This document shows, one piece after another, positions 12,325 through 25,349 of a stretch of DNA of 64,000 nt. Origin of the DNA: Squalus acanthias (taxonomy: Eukaryota); the NCBI GenBank assembly GCA_030390025.1, contig CM059433.1, forward strand, positions 16,680,001-16,744,000, given 5' to 3'. The notes under the pieces were generated by a model, which had not been told where the DNA came from, did not search any database, and saw only the letters and a program-made list of their open reading frames with translations. Made by a program: the position numbers and the translations under genes. Each line of letters begins with the position of its first letter. Within the stretch, counting starts at the first letter, position 1.

Positions 12325-12750
12325 TGTCAGCCTTAGCCTAATGTACGCACTCTCACTGAATCAGAAGGTTCTGCGTTCAAGTCCCAGAAACTTCAACACA
12401 TAATCCAGGCCGACACTTCAATAGAGTACTGAGGGAGTGCTGCACTGTCGGAGGTGCCTTCTTTCAGATGAGACGTTAAACTGAGGTCTGCCCTATCAGG
12501 TGGATGTAAAAGATCCCATGGCACTATTCGAAAAAGAACAGGGGAGTTATTCCCGGTGTCCTGGCCAATATGTATCCCTCAACCAACATCACTAAAAACA
12601 GATTATCTGGTCATTATCTCATTTTTGTTTGTGGGAGCTTGCTGTGCACAAATTGGCTGCTGTGTTTCCTACATTACAACAGCGACTACATTTCAAAAGT
12701 ACTTCATTGGCTGTAAAGCACTTTGGGACGTCCTGAGGTCGTGACAGGCA
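12325..12750 (+). mobile_element. Deu-domain SINE (SacSINE1-like)
   Basis: gttcaagtccc B-box, gtactgagggagtgctgcactgtcggaggtgcc...gatgagacgttaaac core, ggctgtaaagcactttgggacgtcctgagg tail. Confidence 0.8.
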
Positions 12751-13439
12751 GAATAAAATAAAAACTAGATTCAGTGTATCAGTTCCATACCTGCTGTTTG
12801 TATTTGAATAAAAAGTCATAATTAAGCAATTAGTGGAATTTTGTTTTTGTCACTTGAGCAAAGAGAAAACAGTGTTGTGAAGTTGTACACACATGCCTTT
12901 GAAGGAAAATAAAATAGACAAAGAAGGAAGAAAACAGAAAATGAAATGTTTGATTGCTAAATAGAGTTAAAACAATGTTTCTATTTTCTATGTATTTGAT
13001 GCCTGGCCTAGTATCTTACTCAATAGCCCTTAAGTCATTTCTTTTTATGCCTACACTGGCTCAGTTCACTGCACATTCCAGAAGAGTACTAACTTCTGTT
13101 CCTCAGACCATATTGCGCATTATGTGCGACTGAGGGAGGGACCACTGAACATCCATTAGCATAACAGCACATGAAACATTCATTTTACTATTACTTATAA
13201 CAGCTAGAATCTCTGAGTGGATTACAGTTGCTTTTTATGTCCAAATATCTCAGGAACAACTCCATCAATTGAATGCGAAAATGATGTTAGCTTTTATAAT
13301 TAGCACCAGCATAAATGAGTAATCATCATTAATACTTAAAATGAATATATATAATGGAGGGTACAGATTCAAGTAACCAAAATGATCCCAAGCGTCAGGT
13401 ACATAAGTAATGAAGAAAAGTTAAGGAGATAAGAAAAGA

Positions 13440-13990
13440 AAGGGAGGTGGAAGCAGATTCAATAGTAACTTTCAAAAGAGAATTGGATATACACTTGTAA
13501 AGGAAAATTTGCAGGGCTATGGGGAAAGAGCAAGGGAGTGGGACTAATTGGATAGCTCTTTCAAATGCCAGCACAAGCACGATGGGCTGAATGGCCTCCT
13601 TCTATGCTTTATGATTCTATGATGTTGGGCTTGTTTTCTTTGGAAAACGGACATCAAGGTTTTCAAGATCATGAAGGGAAGTGATCAACTTGATCCAAGC
13701 AAATTGATCCCTATGCTCACGAGTTTAAATATCAGGGGTACCAGTTGAAATGAGGAAGTTGGGACTAAGAAAGGATGTCAGGTTTAACTGTTTCACCCAA
13801 AGGGCAATGGACCTGTAGAATAAGTTACCAGAGAAGGCCATTGAATCGGACAGTATTAATGCGTCTGAGACAATTAGGTGGGTTTTTGGATGGAGAAATG
13901 GTTGAGGAACGTGGTGAGAAGGTTGGGGTTGAGCTATCAAAAAGAAATAGGCTTGTGAGTCTAATAACCTTTTCTCGTTCCTAAAAATTC
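13440..13990 (+). mobile_element. Two CR1 LINE 3' tail fragments
   Basis: gatgggctgaatggcctccttct...attctatga tail, followed by an older ORF2-end remnant. Confidence 0.65.
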
Positions 13991-14030
13991 TCACGTTAAT
14001 CTCTTTTTTAATGCCCTTTTCAGGTTCCAT

Positions 14031-14924
14031 GGGGTAGAAATTAGGTCGCGCCCCATTTGGGGCGCAAATATCGTCTGGACGCAAATATTAGCGCCTGGCG
14101 CTAATTATCGGCACTGACTGGAAACTTCACTTTTACCGCCCCGGGAGGTGAGTGGAGCGCTAAAGCAGGCGCTGCACACCTGTCTTAAGGCGCAAAGGCC
14201 AAGGAGTGAGGCGCTAACTCAGAGCGCTGGCGAAGCTCATGTAATGTCAGTCAGCAATGGAACACACACACAATGGCACGGGCCAGTTCTTAAAGGGGAT
14301 GGTTAATCTTGCTTTCCATCCACATCCTGTTCATTGCAGCCTTGAATCTCGGCCTGGAGAGACTTGCACATCAAATGTGCTGGAAAGAACAATGGAGAGT
14401 ACCAGGCAAAGAGCTCAGAGTGCAGCTCCCACAGTCTCTGCTAAATCGATACAAGGAAGGGCAAATCAGAATGAACCTGCAAAGTGCTGCTCAGTACCCA
14501 AAACTCCTTCACACAATGTTGAATCTCTCCAGAAGTCTCTCCCTCTCTCTCTCAGAATGCGTAGTTCAAAAATGCCACCAACAATAAAAGACAGGAAGAG
14601 GCCCCCTTTAAATAGCGCCCCCCCCCAGCCCCACAGCGATTGATAGCATTCCAGTCTTCTGGTCATTGCTAGCGTCAGGCGGTAAGGCAGGGGGCGCCAC
14701 TCAATTTCCGCTCCGGGGCGCCACAAGGGCGTTGCACCATGGAATGACGTCACAATCTGCGCGCGCAGGTGGTCGCAGCGGTAAAGTTTAGCGCCGCCGC
14801 ACAATGTCTAGTTAAGTTCCCGAGCGGCGCAAACATCGCTGCACCCGGGCGTTAGCGGCTTTGCGCCCCATTAGCGCCCTCTTAAGGCGCTAACGGGAGG
14901 CGCAACCAACTGAATTTTTACCCC
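14031..14924. mobile_element. GC-rich MITE (PIF/Harbinger-type)
   Basis: TIRs ggggtagaaatt / aatttttacccc; AT on both flanks; many tagcgc/gcgcta subterminal motifs. Confidence 0.85.
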
Positions 14925-16804
14925 ATGTTTTCATGCTTTTGATGTAAGATATCAGGGATTGGGTCAGGTAGGGAATGCTACATTCCCCCCCCCCTCCATA
15001 TAATAATGGGAAGATTTCCCTTGTTCAGCATTTCTAGCAAAACCAAAAACATATTCCTTATTGTTTGAGATTTCACTACAGATAGTGAAAAGAGGAACTC
15101 TTCCCCTATGAAATCTGTGTGCCCGATAGTGATTTGACAGTGTATCTAATTCACAGCCGAAGAAGTGCACCCTCTGTTGTAGCGATGGCACAATTACTTG
15201 AACAAATACACTTTCTAGGAAGTGGGGGTGGGGGTGGGGGTCTGGGGGTGGGGGGAAGGGGAAATGGAAAGTAAAATTTTCGGTGAACTTACAAGCATAC
15301 GAGGCTAGAAATTACTGCTGGGAATGTTATCATATGCAAGCTTAATGTGCTCATATGAAACTGCTCATATCAAATTAAAATAAATAGGTTAACATCACCA
15401 TTAAAATAGTGGGGAGAGCACTTTGATATGACTATAACCTCACCAACAGTAGAGTGGAGTTGATGTAGAAGGTCAGCCATGATCTTATTGAATGGCGGAG
15501 CAGGCTCGAGGGGCCGAATGACATACTCCTGCTCCTATTTCTTATGTTCTTAATCGTAACTTTCAGATCATAGAATTATGCCTTTGGGACATGCAGCAAC
15601 ATATCAGCATCAAAATACAAACACAACCTAATTCCTTTGTAATTATTGTCTGTCTCGAATAGAGAAATCTTATTTTGTTCCATGCATTTATCTTATTAGA
15701 GTATTAGAAATTTACAGAGATCTACTTGTCAGGTGTTCTGTGGAAGAAAAATGTCCCATTTCTAAACCTACAGATGTCTTTCAGCTCTTGATTCAATATT
15801 AGCAGTAGTTTAAAGGGATGATGTGTACCACAAACTGCGCCAATAATCAGCAGTAGATTAAATCAGTATCTATTAATCTAAACTGTCTAGGTACAGAGAT
15901 TCAAACAAGCGCTACATCATACCTCAGGGTTGGTCTTGACATCTGGGTGTCTTTTCATGCAGCCAGTTAAAGATATTTTTTTTAAGGAGTTTCTCAAATG
16001 TTCAAACAGGTGAGGCCATCACATTTTTTAGAATGTACTAAAGCACACAGATAACAGAATGGGCACTGAATCAAGCTGTAAACACTAAACTTGTCCAAAT
16101 GTAGTTATTTTAGGCCTATTCTCAAATAAATTAGCTCCACATTTAGATTATTCGGTGTTTTGAAAGAACCTTCGCCTTGGCAGCATGCATGGGCAAAGGA
16201 ACAAAATGTCTCTCTGCACACGAACAATACCATTTTTGGATCTCACCATTGAGAGGAGTGCACCAAAAATGTATCTGTGCGTATGATTCACAGTGGAAAA
16301 CTTCAGACGATGTGCATCTGGTCTCCACACCTCCCTCAAGCAGATCTCCTGCTTCACAGACTCTGAAGGAAGGGAACAAATGTACATTCTGAAACTCCAC
16401 CTGAGGGAAGCTTAAAACATTCAATAGTGAGTAATAAAAAGCAAATGTAGCTACAGGGGAAGCAGTTAAGACAAGGAAGGCAAAGCAATAAGAATCATGT
16501 TAAAATCATTCAACAAGTACCTACTAGTAAGAATCATTATATTGATTAATAACTTAAAGTAACACAAAGAGCAAGAGGAAGAACATACTACAGCTTAAAA
16601 CTTAGGTGGGGTGAAGAATGTAAATATAATGGGCTGAATAGACATATCAGACTAGAACACAATATAACATCAATTTAGAAATGTTTTTTGGCTCATTTAG
16701 TCTGTGCTTTCCACGGACCAAATTTAATCTACTCTATTGCGAACTCAACACAACCAATTTAACCTGCTACAAATTCGGACCATAGATACCCGTTTAGGTT
16801 CAGC

Positions 16805-18348
16805 GCTTTCTCTCTACCACCCTTTTTGAATAGTGGGGTAACATTAGCTACCCTCCAATCCATGGGTACAGTTCCAGATTCCATCGAATGTTGGAAGATG
16901 ATCAGCAATGCATCTACTATTTCTAGGGCCACTTCCTTAAGTACCCTAGGATGTAGATTATCAGGCCCTGGGGATTTATCGGCCTTCAATCCCGTCAATT
17001 TCCCTAACACCATTTCCCTGCAAATACTGATTTCTTTCAGTTCCTCCCTTTCATCAGACCCTATGTTCTCCAACATCTCTGGAAGGTTATTTGTGTCCTC
17101 CTTTGTGAAGACAGAACCAAAATATGCATTTAATTGGGCTGCCATTTCTTTGTTCCCCATTATAACTTCCCCCGCTTCTGACTGCAAGGGACCTACACTT
17201 GATTTCACTAATCTTTTTCTCTTCACATATCTATAAAAGCTCTTACAGTCAGTTTTTATGTTCCGTGCAAGCTTACTTTCATATTCTATTTTCCCCTTCT
17301 TAATTAATCCCTTTGTCCTCCTTTGTTGAATCCTAAACTGCCATCAATCCTCAGGGTTACCGCTTTTTCTGGCCAATTTATATGCCCTCTCCTTGGATCT
17401 TATGCTATCCCTAATTTTCCTTGTTAGCCACGGTTGAGTCACCCTTTTTGTTTTATTCTTATGCCACACTGGGATGAACAAATTCTGTAGTTCATCCATG
17501 CAGTCTTTGAATGTTTGCCATTGCCTATCCACCGTCAACCCTTTGAGTGACATTCCCCAATCAATCCTACCCAATTCGCGCCTCATACCATTGTAGTTTC
17601 CTTTATTTAAATTCAGGACCCTAGTCTCTGATTCAACTACTTCACTCTCCATCCTAATGAAGAATTCTATCATATTATGATCACTCTGACACAAGGGGCC
17701 TCGTACAACAAGATTGCTAATTAATCCTTTCTCGTTACATAATACCCAGTCTAAGATGGATTGATCTCTGGTTGGTTCCTCGACATATTGTTCCAGAAAA
17801 CCATCCCGTAAACATTCTAGGAATTCCTCCTCCACAGTATTTTTACTAATTTGGTTAGCCCAATCTATATGTAAATTAAAGTCACCCATGATGACTGCTG
17901 TGCCCTTACTGCATGCTTCTCTAATTTCCCTTTTAATGCTGTCCCCAACCTCCGTATTACTGTTTGGGGGTCTATATACCACTCCCACTAACGTTTTCTG
18001 CCCCTTGTTATTTCTCAGTTCTACCCATACAGATTCCGCATCATCAGAGCCAATATCTTTCCTTTCAATTGTGTTAATCCCCTCTTTAACCAGCAATGCT
18101 ACCCAACCTCCCTTTCTTTTTTGCCTATCTTTCCTAAATATTGAATACCCCTGGATGTTGAGTTCCCAGCCTTGGCCACCCTGGAGCCATGTTTCTGTAA
18201 TCCCAATTAAATCGTATTCATTTACCCCTATTTGCGCAGCTAATTCATCCACCTTGTTCCGAATGCTCCTTGCATTAAGACACAAAGACTTCAGGCTTGT
18301 TTTTTTAACACTCTCAGACCTATATGAATTATTATTTACTGTGACCAT
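16805..18348 (-). pseudogene. CR1 ORF2 endonuclease region, broken by a stop at ~17344
   Basis: CLNARSI, GITETWL, VYRPP, MGDFN, LDWVL, SDHN motifs. Confidence 0.92.
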
Positions 18349-18470
18349 GTTTGATTTAAACCGTTGAGTTCTTTGCCTTCTACTTTTGTTTTTCTCCTTC
18401 CTGTCTTTTGCTTTTATCCTTGTTTCCCTTTCCTCTGTCTCCCTGCTCAGGTTCCCAACCCCCTGCCACT

Positions 18471-18971
18471 TTAGTTTAAACCCTCCCCAACAGCACTAGC
18501 AAACACTCCCCCTGGGACATCGGTCCCGGCCCTGCCCAGGTGCAGACCATCCCGTTTGTAGTGGTCCCACCTCCCCCAGAACCGGTTCCAATGTCCATGG
18601 AATTTGAATCCCTCCCCCTTGCACCATTCCTCTAGCCACGTATTCATTTGAAATATCCTCCTATTTCTACTCTGACGAGCACGTGGCACTGGTAGCAATC
18701 CTGAGATTACTACCTTTGAGGTCCTATTTTTTAATTTATCTCCTAACTCCCTATATTCTGCTTTTAGGACCTCATCCTGTTTTTTACCTATATCGTTGAT
18801 GCCTATGTGCACCACGACAACTGGCTGTTCGGCCTCCCCCTCCAAAATGTTCTGTAGCCGCTCCAAGACGTCCTTGACCCTTGCACCAGGGAGGCAACAC
18901 ACCATCCTGGAGTCTCGTTTGCTGCCGCAGAAACGCCTATCTATTCCCCTTACAATTGAGTCCCCTATCAC
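18471..18971 (-). pseudogene. CR1 ORF1 SGNH/GDSL esterase domain
   Basis: IGDSIVRG, VVHIGINDI and DGLHL motifs of CR1 ORF1 esterases. Confidence 0.9.
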
Positions 18972-19112
18972 TTTCGCTCTTCCACACTATTTCCTCCCAG
19001 CCTGTGCAGCAGAGCCACCCATGGTGCCAGGAAGTTGGCTGCTGCTGCCTTCCCCTGATAAGTCATCCCCCGCAACAGTATCCAAAGTGGTATATCTGTT
19101 TGAGAGGGGATG

Positions 19113-19218
19113 ACTTATGTGGCTCGGTGTCAAATTTTTTGTCTCATAATACTCCTGTGCAGCGCCTTGGGACGTTTTACTACGTTAAAGGCACTATATA
19201 AATACAAGTTGTTGTTGT
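19113..19218 (+). mobile_element. L2 3' tail
   Basis: cttatgtggctcggtgtcaaattt...ataaatacaagttgttgttg. Confidence 0.8.
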
Positions 19219-19220
19219 AT

Positions 19221-19575
19221 GATAGTGTAACTCAGGGACGTGACAATAGTGACCTGAACCGGGTATTCGTGTCTTTTGCACGTGTGCTTCCTCAATCCCT
19301 CCAGAGGTGGATTGAGCAAACACTTGGCAAGACGAGGCCAGATACGAATCAATAAGCTGCTTTATTTCACAATAAGTTGGCGGACTACAGCTAGACTGCA
19401 TACGCCAACTCAACCGAGACATAACAAGAATGTACACAACAGTTACGATCAGGCTCACTTAATTAAATCTGTACACTTTATTTTTGGCATAATAATACAA
19501 AACAAGGAACACACCAGGCTTGCCCAAATCAGTGGGTGGTATTACTTGACTTCAACAAGTTGACGTCACACTATC
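19221..19575 (-). mobile_element. LTR-like or TIR-bounded 355-bp element with internal hairpins
   Basis: Ends gatagtgtaac / gtcacactatc (TG...CA core); minus-strand AATAAA at 19361-19366; TGACGTCA at 19561. Confidence 0.5.
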
Positions 19576-19835
19576 CGCCAGCATTTCTAGCACTAAGTCT
19601 CAGTGAAAACTCTTGCAGTTTTCTCTTTAGAAACCCTTATTGCCTTCGCAGCCTTAGCTGGGCACAGCCAAGCTGGTAGCCCGATTCGGTGCTCCCAGTA
19701 AGCTGTGTGCTTGCAGCCCCCCATTTTCCATCCATTCATTCAAATAGATGGAAATGACAGGCCTGCAACCCCTGATTTTCCTTTCATTCATTTAAATGGA
19801 TGGAAAGTTCGGGGCTGTGGTCCCACCACTTCCCG

Positions 19836-22360
19836 ATCAGGGCATGTAACAAGAGGACTACAGTAATCATGGGTGACTTTAATCTACATATAGACTGGCC
19901 AAACCAAATTAGCAATAATACTGTGGAGGATGAATTCCTGGAGTGTGTACGAGATGGTTTTTTAGACCAGTACGTTGAGGAGCCAACTAGGGAACAGGCT
20001 ATCCTAGATTGGGTATTGTGCAATGAGAAGGGGTTAATTAATAATCTTGTTGTGCAGGGTCCTTTAGGGAAGATTGACCATAACATGATAGAATTCTTCA
20101 TTAAGATGGAAAGGGAAGAAGTCCAATCCGAAACTAGGGTCCTAAATCTAAACAAAGGAAACTACAAAGGTATGAGGAGTGAGTTGGCTATGATAGATTG
20201 GGGAGCTTCATTAAAAGGCATGACGGTGGATAGGCAATGACTAACATTTAAGGAAAGAATGCATGAATTGCAACAGTTATACATTCCTTTCTGGCGCAAA
20301 AACACAAAAGGAAAAGCGGCCCAACCATGGCTAACAAAAGAAACTAAGGATAGTATTAGATCCAAAGAGGAGTCATATAAAGTTGCCTGAAAAAGTAGCA
20401 AGCCTGAGGATTGGGAGCAGTTTAGAGTTCAGCAAAAAAGGACCAAGAGATTGATTAAGAGGGGAAAAAATAGAGCATGAGAGTAAACTTGCAAGGAACA
20501 TAAAAGCAGACTGTAAAAGCTTCTACAAGTATGTAAAAAGAAAAAGATTAGTGAAGACAAATGTAGGTCCCTTACAGTCAGAAACAGAAGAATTTATAAT
20601 AGGGATCAAGGAAATGGCAGAGCAATTAAACAAATACTTTGGTTCTGTCTTCACAGAAGAGGACACAAATAACTTCCTAAAAATGCTAGGGAACCAAGGG
20701 TCTAGTGAGAAGGAGGAATTAAAGGAAAATTAGTATTAGTAAAAAAAATAGTTCTGGAGAAATTAATGGGACTGAAAGCTGATAAATCCCCAGGGCCTGA
20801 TAATCTGCATCCCAGAGTAATAAAAGAGGTAGCCATGGAAATAGTGGATGCATTGGTTGTCATCTTCCAAAATTCCATAGATTCTAGAACGGTTCCTGCA
20901 GATTGGAGGGTGGCAAATGTAACCCCACTATTTAAAAAAGGAGGGAGAGAGAAAACGGGGAACTACAGACCGGTTAGCCTAACCTCAGTAGTAGGGAAAA
21001 TGCTAGAGTCTATTATAAAGGATGTGATAACAGGACACTTTGAAAATATCAACAGGATTAGACAAAGTCAACATGGATTTATGAAAGGGAAATCGTGTTT
21101 GACAAACCTACTGGAGTTTTTTGAGGATGTAACTGGTAGAATAGATAAGGGAGAACCAGTGGATGGCGTGTATTTGGATTTTCAGAAGGCCTTTGATAAA
21201 GTCCCACATAAGAGGTTAGTGTGCAAAATTAAAGCACATGGGATTGGGGGTAATATACTGGCATGGATTGAAAATTGGTTAACAGACAGGAAACAGAGTA
21301 GGAATAAATGGGTCTTTTTCGGGGTGGCAGGCGGTGACTAGTGGGGTATCGCAGTGATCAGTGCTTGGGCCCCAGCTATTCACAATATATATCAATGATT
21401 TGGATGAGGGAACCAAATATAATATTTCCAAGTTTGCTGACGACACAAAACTGGGTGGGTTTGTGAATTGTGAGGAGGATGCAAAGAGGCTTCAAGGCGA
21501 TTTAGACAAGTTGAGGGAGTGGGTAAATACATGACAGATGCAGTATAACGTGGATAAATGTGAAGTTATCCACTTTGGTAGGAAAAACAGAAAGGCAGAG
21601 TATTATTTAAATGGTGATAGATTGGGAAATGTTGATGTACAGAAGGACCTGGGTGTCCTTATACACCAGTCACTGAAAGCAAACATGCAGGTGCAGCAAG
21701 CAGTTAGGAAGGCAAATGGTATGTTGGCCTTCATTGTAAGAGGATTTGAGTACAGGAGCAAGGATGTCTTACTACAGTTGTACAGGGCCTTGGTGAGACC
21801 ACACCTGGAGTAGTGTGTGCAGTTTTGGTCTCCTTACCTAAGAAAGGATATACTTGCCATAGAGGGAATGCAGCGAAGATTCACCAGACTGATTCCTGGG
21901 ATGGCAGGACTGTCGTATGAGGAGAGATTGGGTAAACTAGGCCTGTATTCACGAGAGTTTAGAAGAATGAGAGGGGATCTCATTGAAACATATAAAATTC
22001 TGACAGGGCTAGGCAGACTGGATGCAGGGAGGATGTTTCCCCTGGCTAGGGGGTCTAGAACGAGGGGTCACAGTCTCAGGATACAGGGGTAGGACATTTA
22101 GGACTGAGATGAGGAGAAATTTCTTCACTCAGAGGGTGGTGAACCTGTGGAATTCTCTACCACAGAAGGCTGTGGAGGCCAAGTCATTGAATATATTTAA
22201 GAAGGAGATAAATAGATTTCTAGACACAAAAGGCATCAAGGGGTGAGGAGAGAGCAGGAATATGGTATTGAGATAGAGGATCAGCCATGATCATATTGAA
22301 TGGCGGAACAGGCTCGAAGGGCCGAATGGCCTACTCTTGCTCCTATTTTTCTATGTTTCT
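19836..22360 (+). mobile_element. CR1 LINE ORF2 (endonuclease end + RT) and 3' tail, with several stops and frameshifts
   Basis: MGDFN, NYRPVSLTS, LDFQKAFDKVPH, FADD (tttgctgacgac ~21432), tail gggccgaatggcctact...tctatgtttct. Confidence 0.95.
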
Positions 22361-22508
22361 GGAGTGCAGCTTCTCACTGGGAGCTCCCTTTCAGGGAGTC
22401 AACCCCAGCACCTATTGGGCTGTTTGCAAACCCAGTGTAGATTGCATGTCTGTTAGACTGAAATCCCACTTATATCACAGAACCACTCTGCATTGAAAAA
22501 TATACTTG

Positions 22509-23301
22509 AGCCTAGAAATTCGGGTGCACCCTTTATTGGGTGCAGGTTGCACGCCCTGCGCCTGAATGGTGAGGACCGTGGCACCCCCTTATAGTGGGCC
22601 TCAGGTTGCATTACAATGGAGCCAGCGTGGCACAAACACCTAGTTGGCAAAGTGGAAACTGAGATCGGGCCACTGCTAGTGTCACAGCAGCCCTCAGGTA
22701 AATGTGGGGGGAAGGAGAGGAGGCCGGGGGGAGGATCGAGGAAGAGGTCGGTGGTTGGGATTGGAGGCCGGGCGGGAAGGAGAGGAGGCCAGGGGGGAAG
22801 ATTGAGGAAGAGGTCGGTGGTTGGGATTGGAGGCCGGGCGGGAAGGAGAGGAGGCCGGGGGAGAAGATTGAGGAAGAGGTCGGTGGTTGGGATTGGAGGC
22901 CGGGCGGGAAGGAGAGGAGGCCGGGGGTCGGGAGAGGAGGATGGGAGGATCAGGACAGGAAGGTGAGGGGTTCAGGAGAGGCAGCGAGCTTTCTTTCCAG
23001 ATTCAGGTAAGTAAATTTGAAAAAATTTAGCTTCTCAGTAGCAGGCAGTCCCAAGGACTGGTATTACTGAGTGCAGCCGGATGCATCGCCAGTGCTGTCT
23101 GCCTCAGGGCACAACAAATCTTGAAGTGGGAGCCTCAAAAAGGCGTTAGGCCTCTCAGTTGCACATGTAAAGGACCGGTTTCTGGCGTGGGCCCTGGACG
23201 CCTATGTTTTTCCCTTTACCAATATGGCGGGCAGTGCACTTCCAGCCAGAAATGCTGCCTGCCTGTTGGGGGCTTAGTAATGGGCACCGAATTTACAGGC
23301 C
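22509..23301. mobile_element. MITE containing a 66-bp minisatellite
   Basis: TIRs agcctagaaattcgg / ccgaatttacaggcc; TTG on both flanks. Confidence 0.8.
22708..22926 (+). repeat. Purine-rich tandem repeat, 66-bp unit, about 3.3 copies
   Basis: gaagaggtcggtggttgggattggaggccggg recurs at 22741, 22807 and 22873. Confidence 0.95.
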
Positions 23302-23350
23302 TTGCTTCCTTTGCTGCCCTTTTTATACTGCAGGCTGGATTAGGCAACAA

Positions 23351-23779
23351 ACATAGAAACATAGAATCTAGGAGCAGGAGTAGGCCATTCGGCCCGTCGA
23401 GCCTGCTCCGCCATTCAATACGATCATGGCTGATCATCCAAATCCAGTACCCTGTCCCTGCTTTAATCCCCACAGTACACATATCCCACCCTACCCCCGT
23501 AACCCCACGTATTTAATTCCCCCTAACATATCCCATCCTATCCCCATAACCCCACATATTTAATCCCCCCTAACACTAAGGGTCAATTTATCATAGCCAA
23601 ATCAACCTAACCCACACATTTTTGGACTGTGGGAGGAAACCGGAGCACCCGGAGGAAACCCACGCAGACACGGGGAGAATGTGCAAACTCCACACAGACA
23701 GTCACCCGAGGTCAGATTTGAACCCGGGTCTCTGGCGCTGTGAGGCACCAGTGCTAACCACTATGCCACCGTGTTGCCC
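23351..23779 (-). mobile_element. HE1-type V-SINE with CR1-derived tail
   Basis: V-domain gtggagtttgcacattctccccgtgtctgcgtgggtttcctccggg, tRNA-like head, CR1 tail; near-identical to 53764-54218. Confidence 0.9.
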
Positions 23780-24172
23780 TCAAGAACCAGATTAATACAT
23801 AGACAATTATTCTGAATTCACAATGTTAAAACAATTGCACATGTACAAATCCTGCTCATATTCAGCATGTTTCGGACTTCCCCAGTCTGACCAGAGCTTC
23901 CCTGATATCATAGGTACAGGCCAGGAAATTGGAGACCATATTGAGAAGTCAGCCTGCCCGCTGTCAAACCTAAAATAGCACACTCGACCCAAGTCCTACT
24001 GATCGCAGTTATTGTATATTTGCTCCCAATAGCACCTGGTAGTCAGATCTACCAGATAAGGGACATGGTTTTGGTACCTTTGGCAGCACTGGCACTGCTG
24101 TGTGTATTTTACAGGATCAGCGTCAAAGGCACCCATGTCTGATGCAACCCTGTAAAATAAATAAGAGACAGA

Positions 24173-24421
24173 GGGGTAGAGTTTAGTCTTTACTGCCTGG
24201 GTGTTAAACATCGTCTGGATGGAGCGCAGAAAGGAAAAATGTGCTGGAATGGTTTGTACGACAGTTAGAGAAACCGCCTGATTTCTCCTCTATTACTTTC
24301 AATGGAAGGAAAATCTGCCGGGGTCTGTTAAAAGCGTGCTATTCTCCCCGCCAGATTATCCTTTCTCCGCACTGCCCAAGCTATGCTTATCGCCCAGGCA
24401 GTAAAGATGAAAATCTACAGC
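24173..24421. mobile_element. Fully palindromic hairpin MITE
   Basis: Arms ggggtagagtttagtctttactgcctgggtg / cgcccaggcagtaaagatgaaaatctacagc; centre ttactttcaatgg; AGA on both flanks. Confidence 0.8.
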
Positions 24422-25349
24422 AGAATCAGTAAAACATAGCCGTGTGGTGAAGTGTTCCTGAATTCTATGATGTTTATAGCGCCCAATATAACACATCCCT
24501 CAGCAAAGGACCTTTGATATCAAAAGTGAAGGGGCCCAAAGTTGAATCTAGCTCTAGTGATTCTTCCAGATCTGGGAACCTCATTATCTTCCAGCAATGT
24601 GTCAACTGTGAGCTGTTAAAGACCCTATATTACTGTCCTGTGTCACAAGATCCTGAGAGAATGCTGAGAGAAGAGGCCTCAGTGTCACAGGTTATCAGTT
24701 AATGTGCCGTATGATGTCTGACTCCTTCATGCCTTCCACCTCCCTTCTTCTAACACAAAGCTGAGAGCACTCCATGGCAACGGGGCCCTGGTTGCTCCCA
24801 TCACAGACCTATAGGCCTCAAATGACCCCAAATTGCCTGAGGGTAATTGAGCAGTTAACGTTTAATTACCAAATGAATCGCTATAGCCCTTAAAGCAGTG
24901 AAGCCTCAGGAGCCCATTGAAGCTAAGTTTCTAAGTGTTGCAGTAAAGAACAATCAGAGGCAAATTGTCTATGGCACAGGATGGGCTGATATTATTGCAT
25001 TAGATAAAAGCAGATAATGGAGGCACTTTTAGTGTCATACCTTACCAGACTCCTAAAACAACATCGTTTTTTGGAGTAAGAAAACATGTTCTATGTTTAT
25101 ACACTGCTGATCAAAGTGGCTTATCTCTACCAGTTCTGCTAATAATTTCAGTCATTGTTAAAACAACATTACCCTTCCTCAGGACTTAGATAGGTTACAT
25201 TTTATGCCATTACATTGGTTAAATTTTACAACAGATGTGAAGTAGCCTACTTTATTTAAAAAAAATCAATGCTTTGGGTGCACCATTTTGCTTCCGGCTG
25301 ATAGCGAAAAATTATAAAGATTGTCATTAGTTGTTAAATTTAAGCTACT

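Larger units (their letters stand above)
16805..19108 (-). mobile_element. CR1 LINE 5' half (ORF1 + start of ORF2), 3'-truncated
   Basis: Contains ORF1 esterase, AP endonuclease and RT-proximal KSPGPD...FKKGGREK. Confidence 0.95.

Noticed and set aside
16143..16424. Cys-rich ORF as a definite coding exon
   Set aside because: No recognisable domain, and two frames are open; kept only as a low-interest candidate.
16805..22360. Divergent CR1 pieces as a single 5'-inverted insertion
   Set aside because: They overlap by about 1.1 kb of LINE sequence and differ at many positions, so they are independent copies.
22616..23010. Repetitive Gly/Arg- or Glu-rich proteins; CRISPR-like array
   Set aside because: The ORFs are translations of a 66-bp minisatellite with no unique spacers; the context is eukaryotic.
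25031..25065. Possible 12-nt minus-strand microexon (tttag GAGTCTGGTAAG gtatga, ~25040-25051)
   Set aside because: Weak pyrimidine tract and no host gene to anchor it; easily a chance match.
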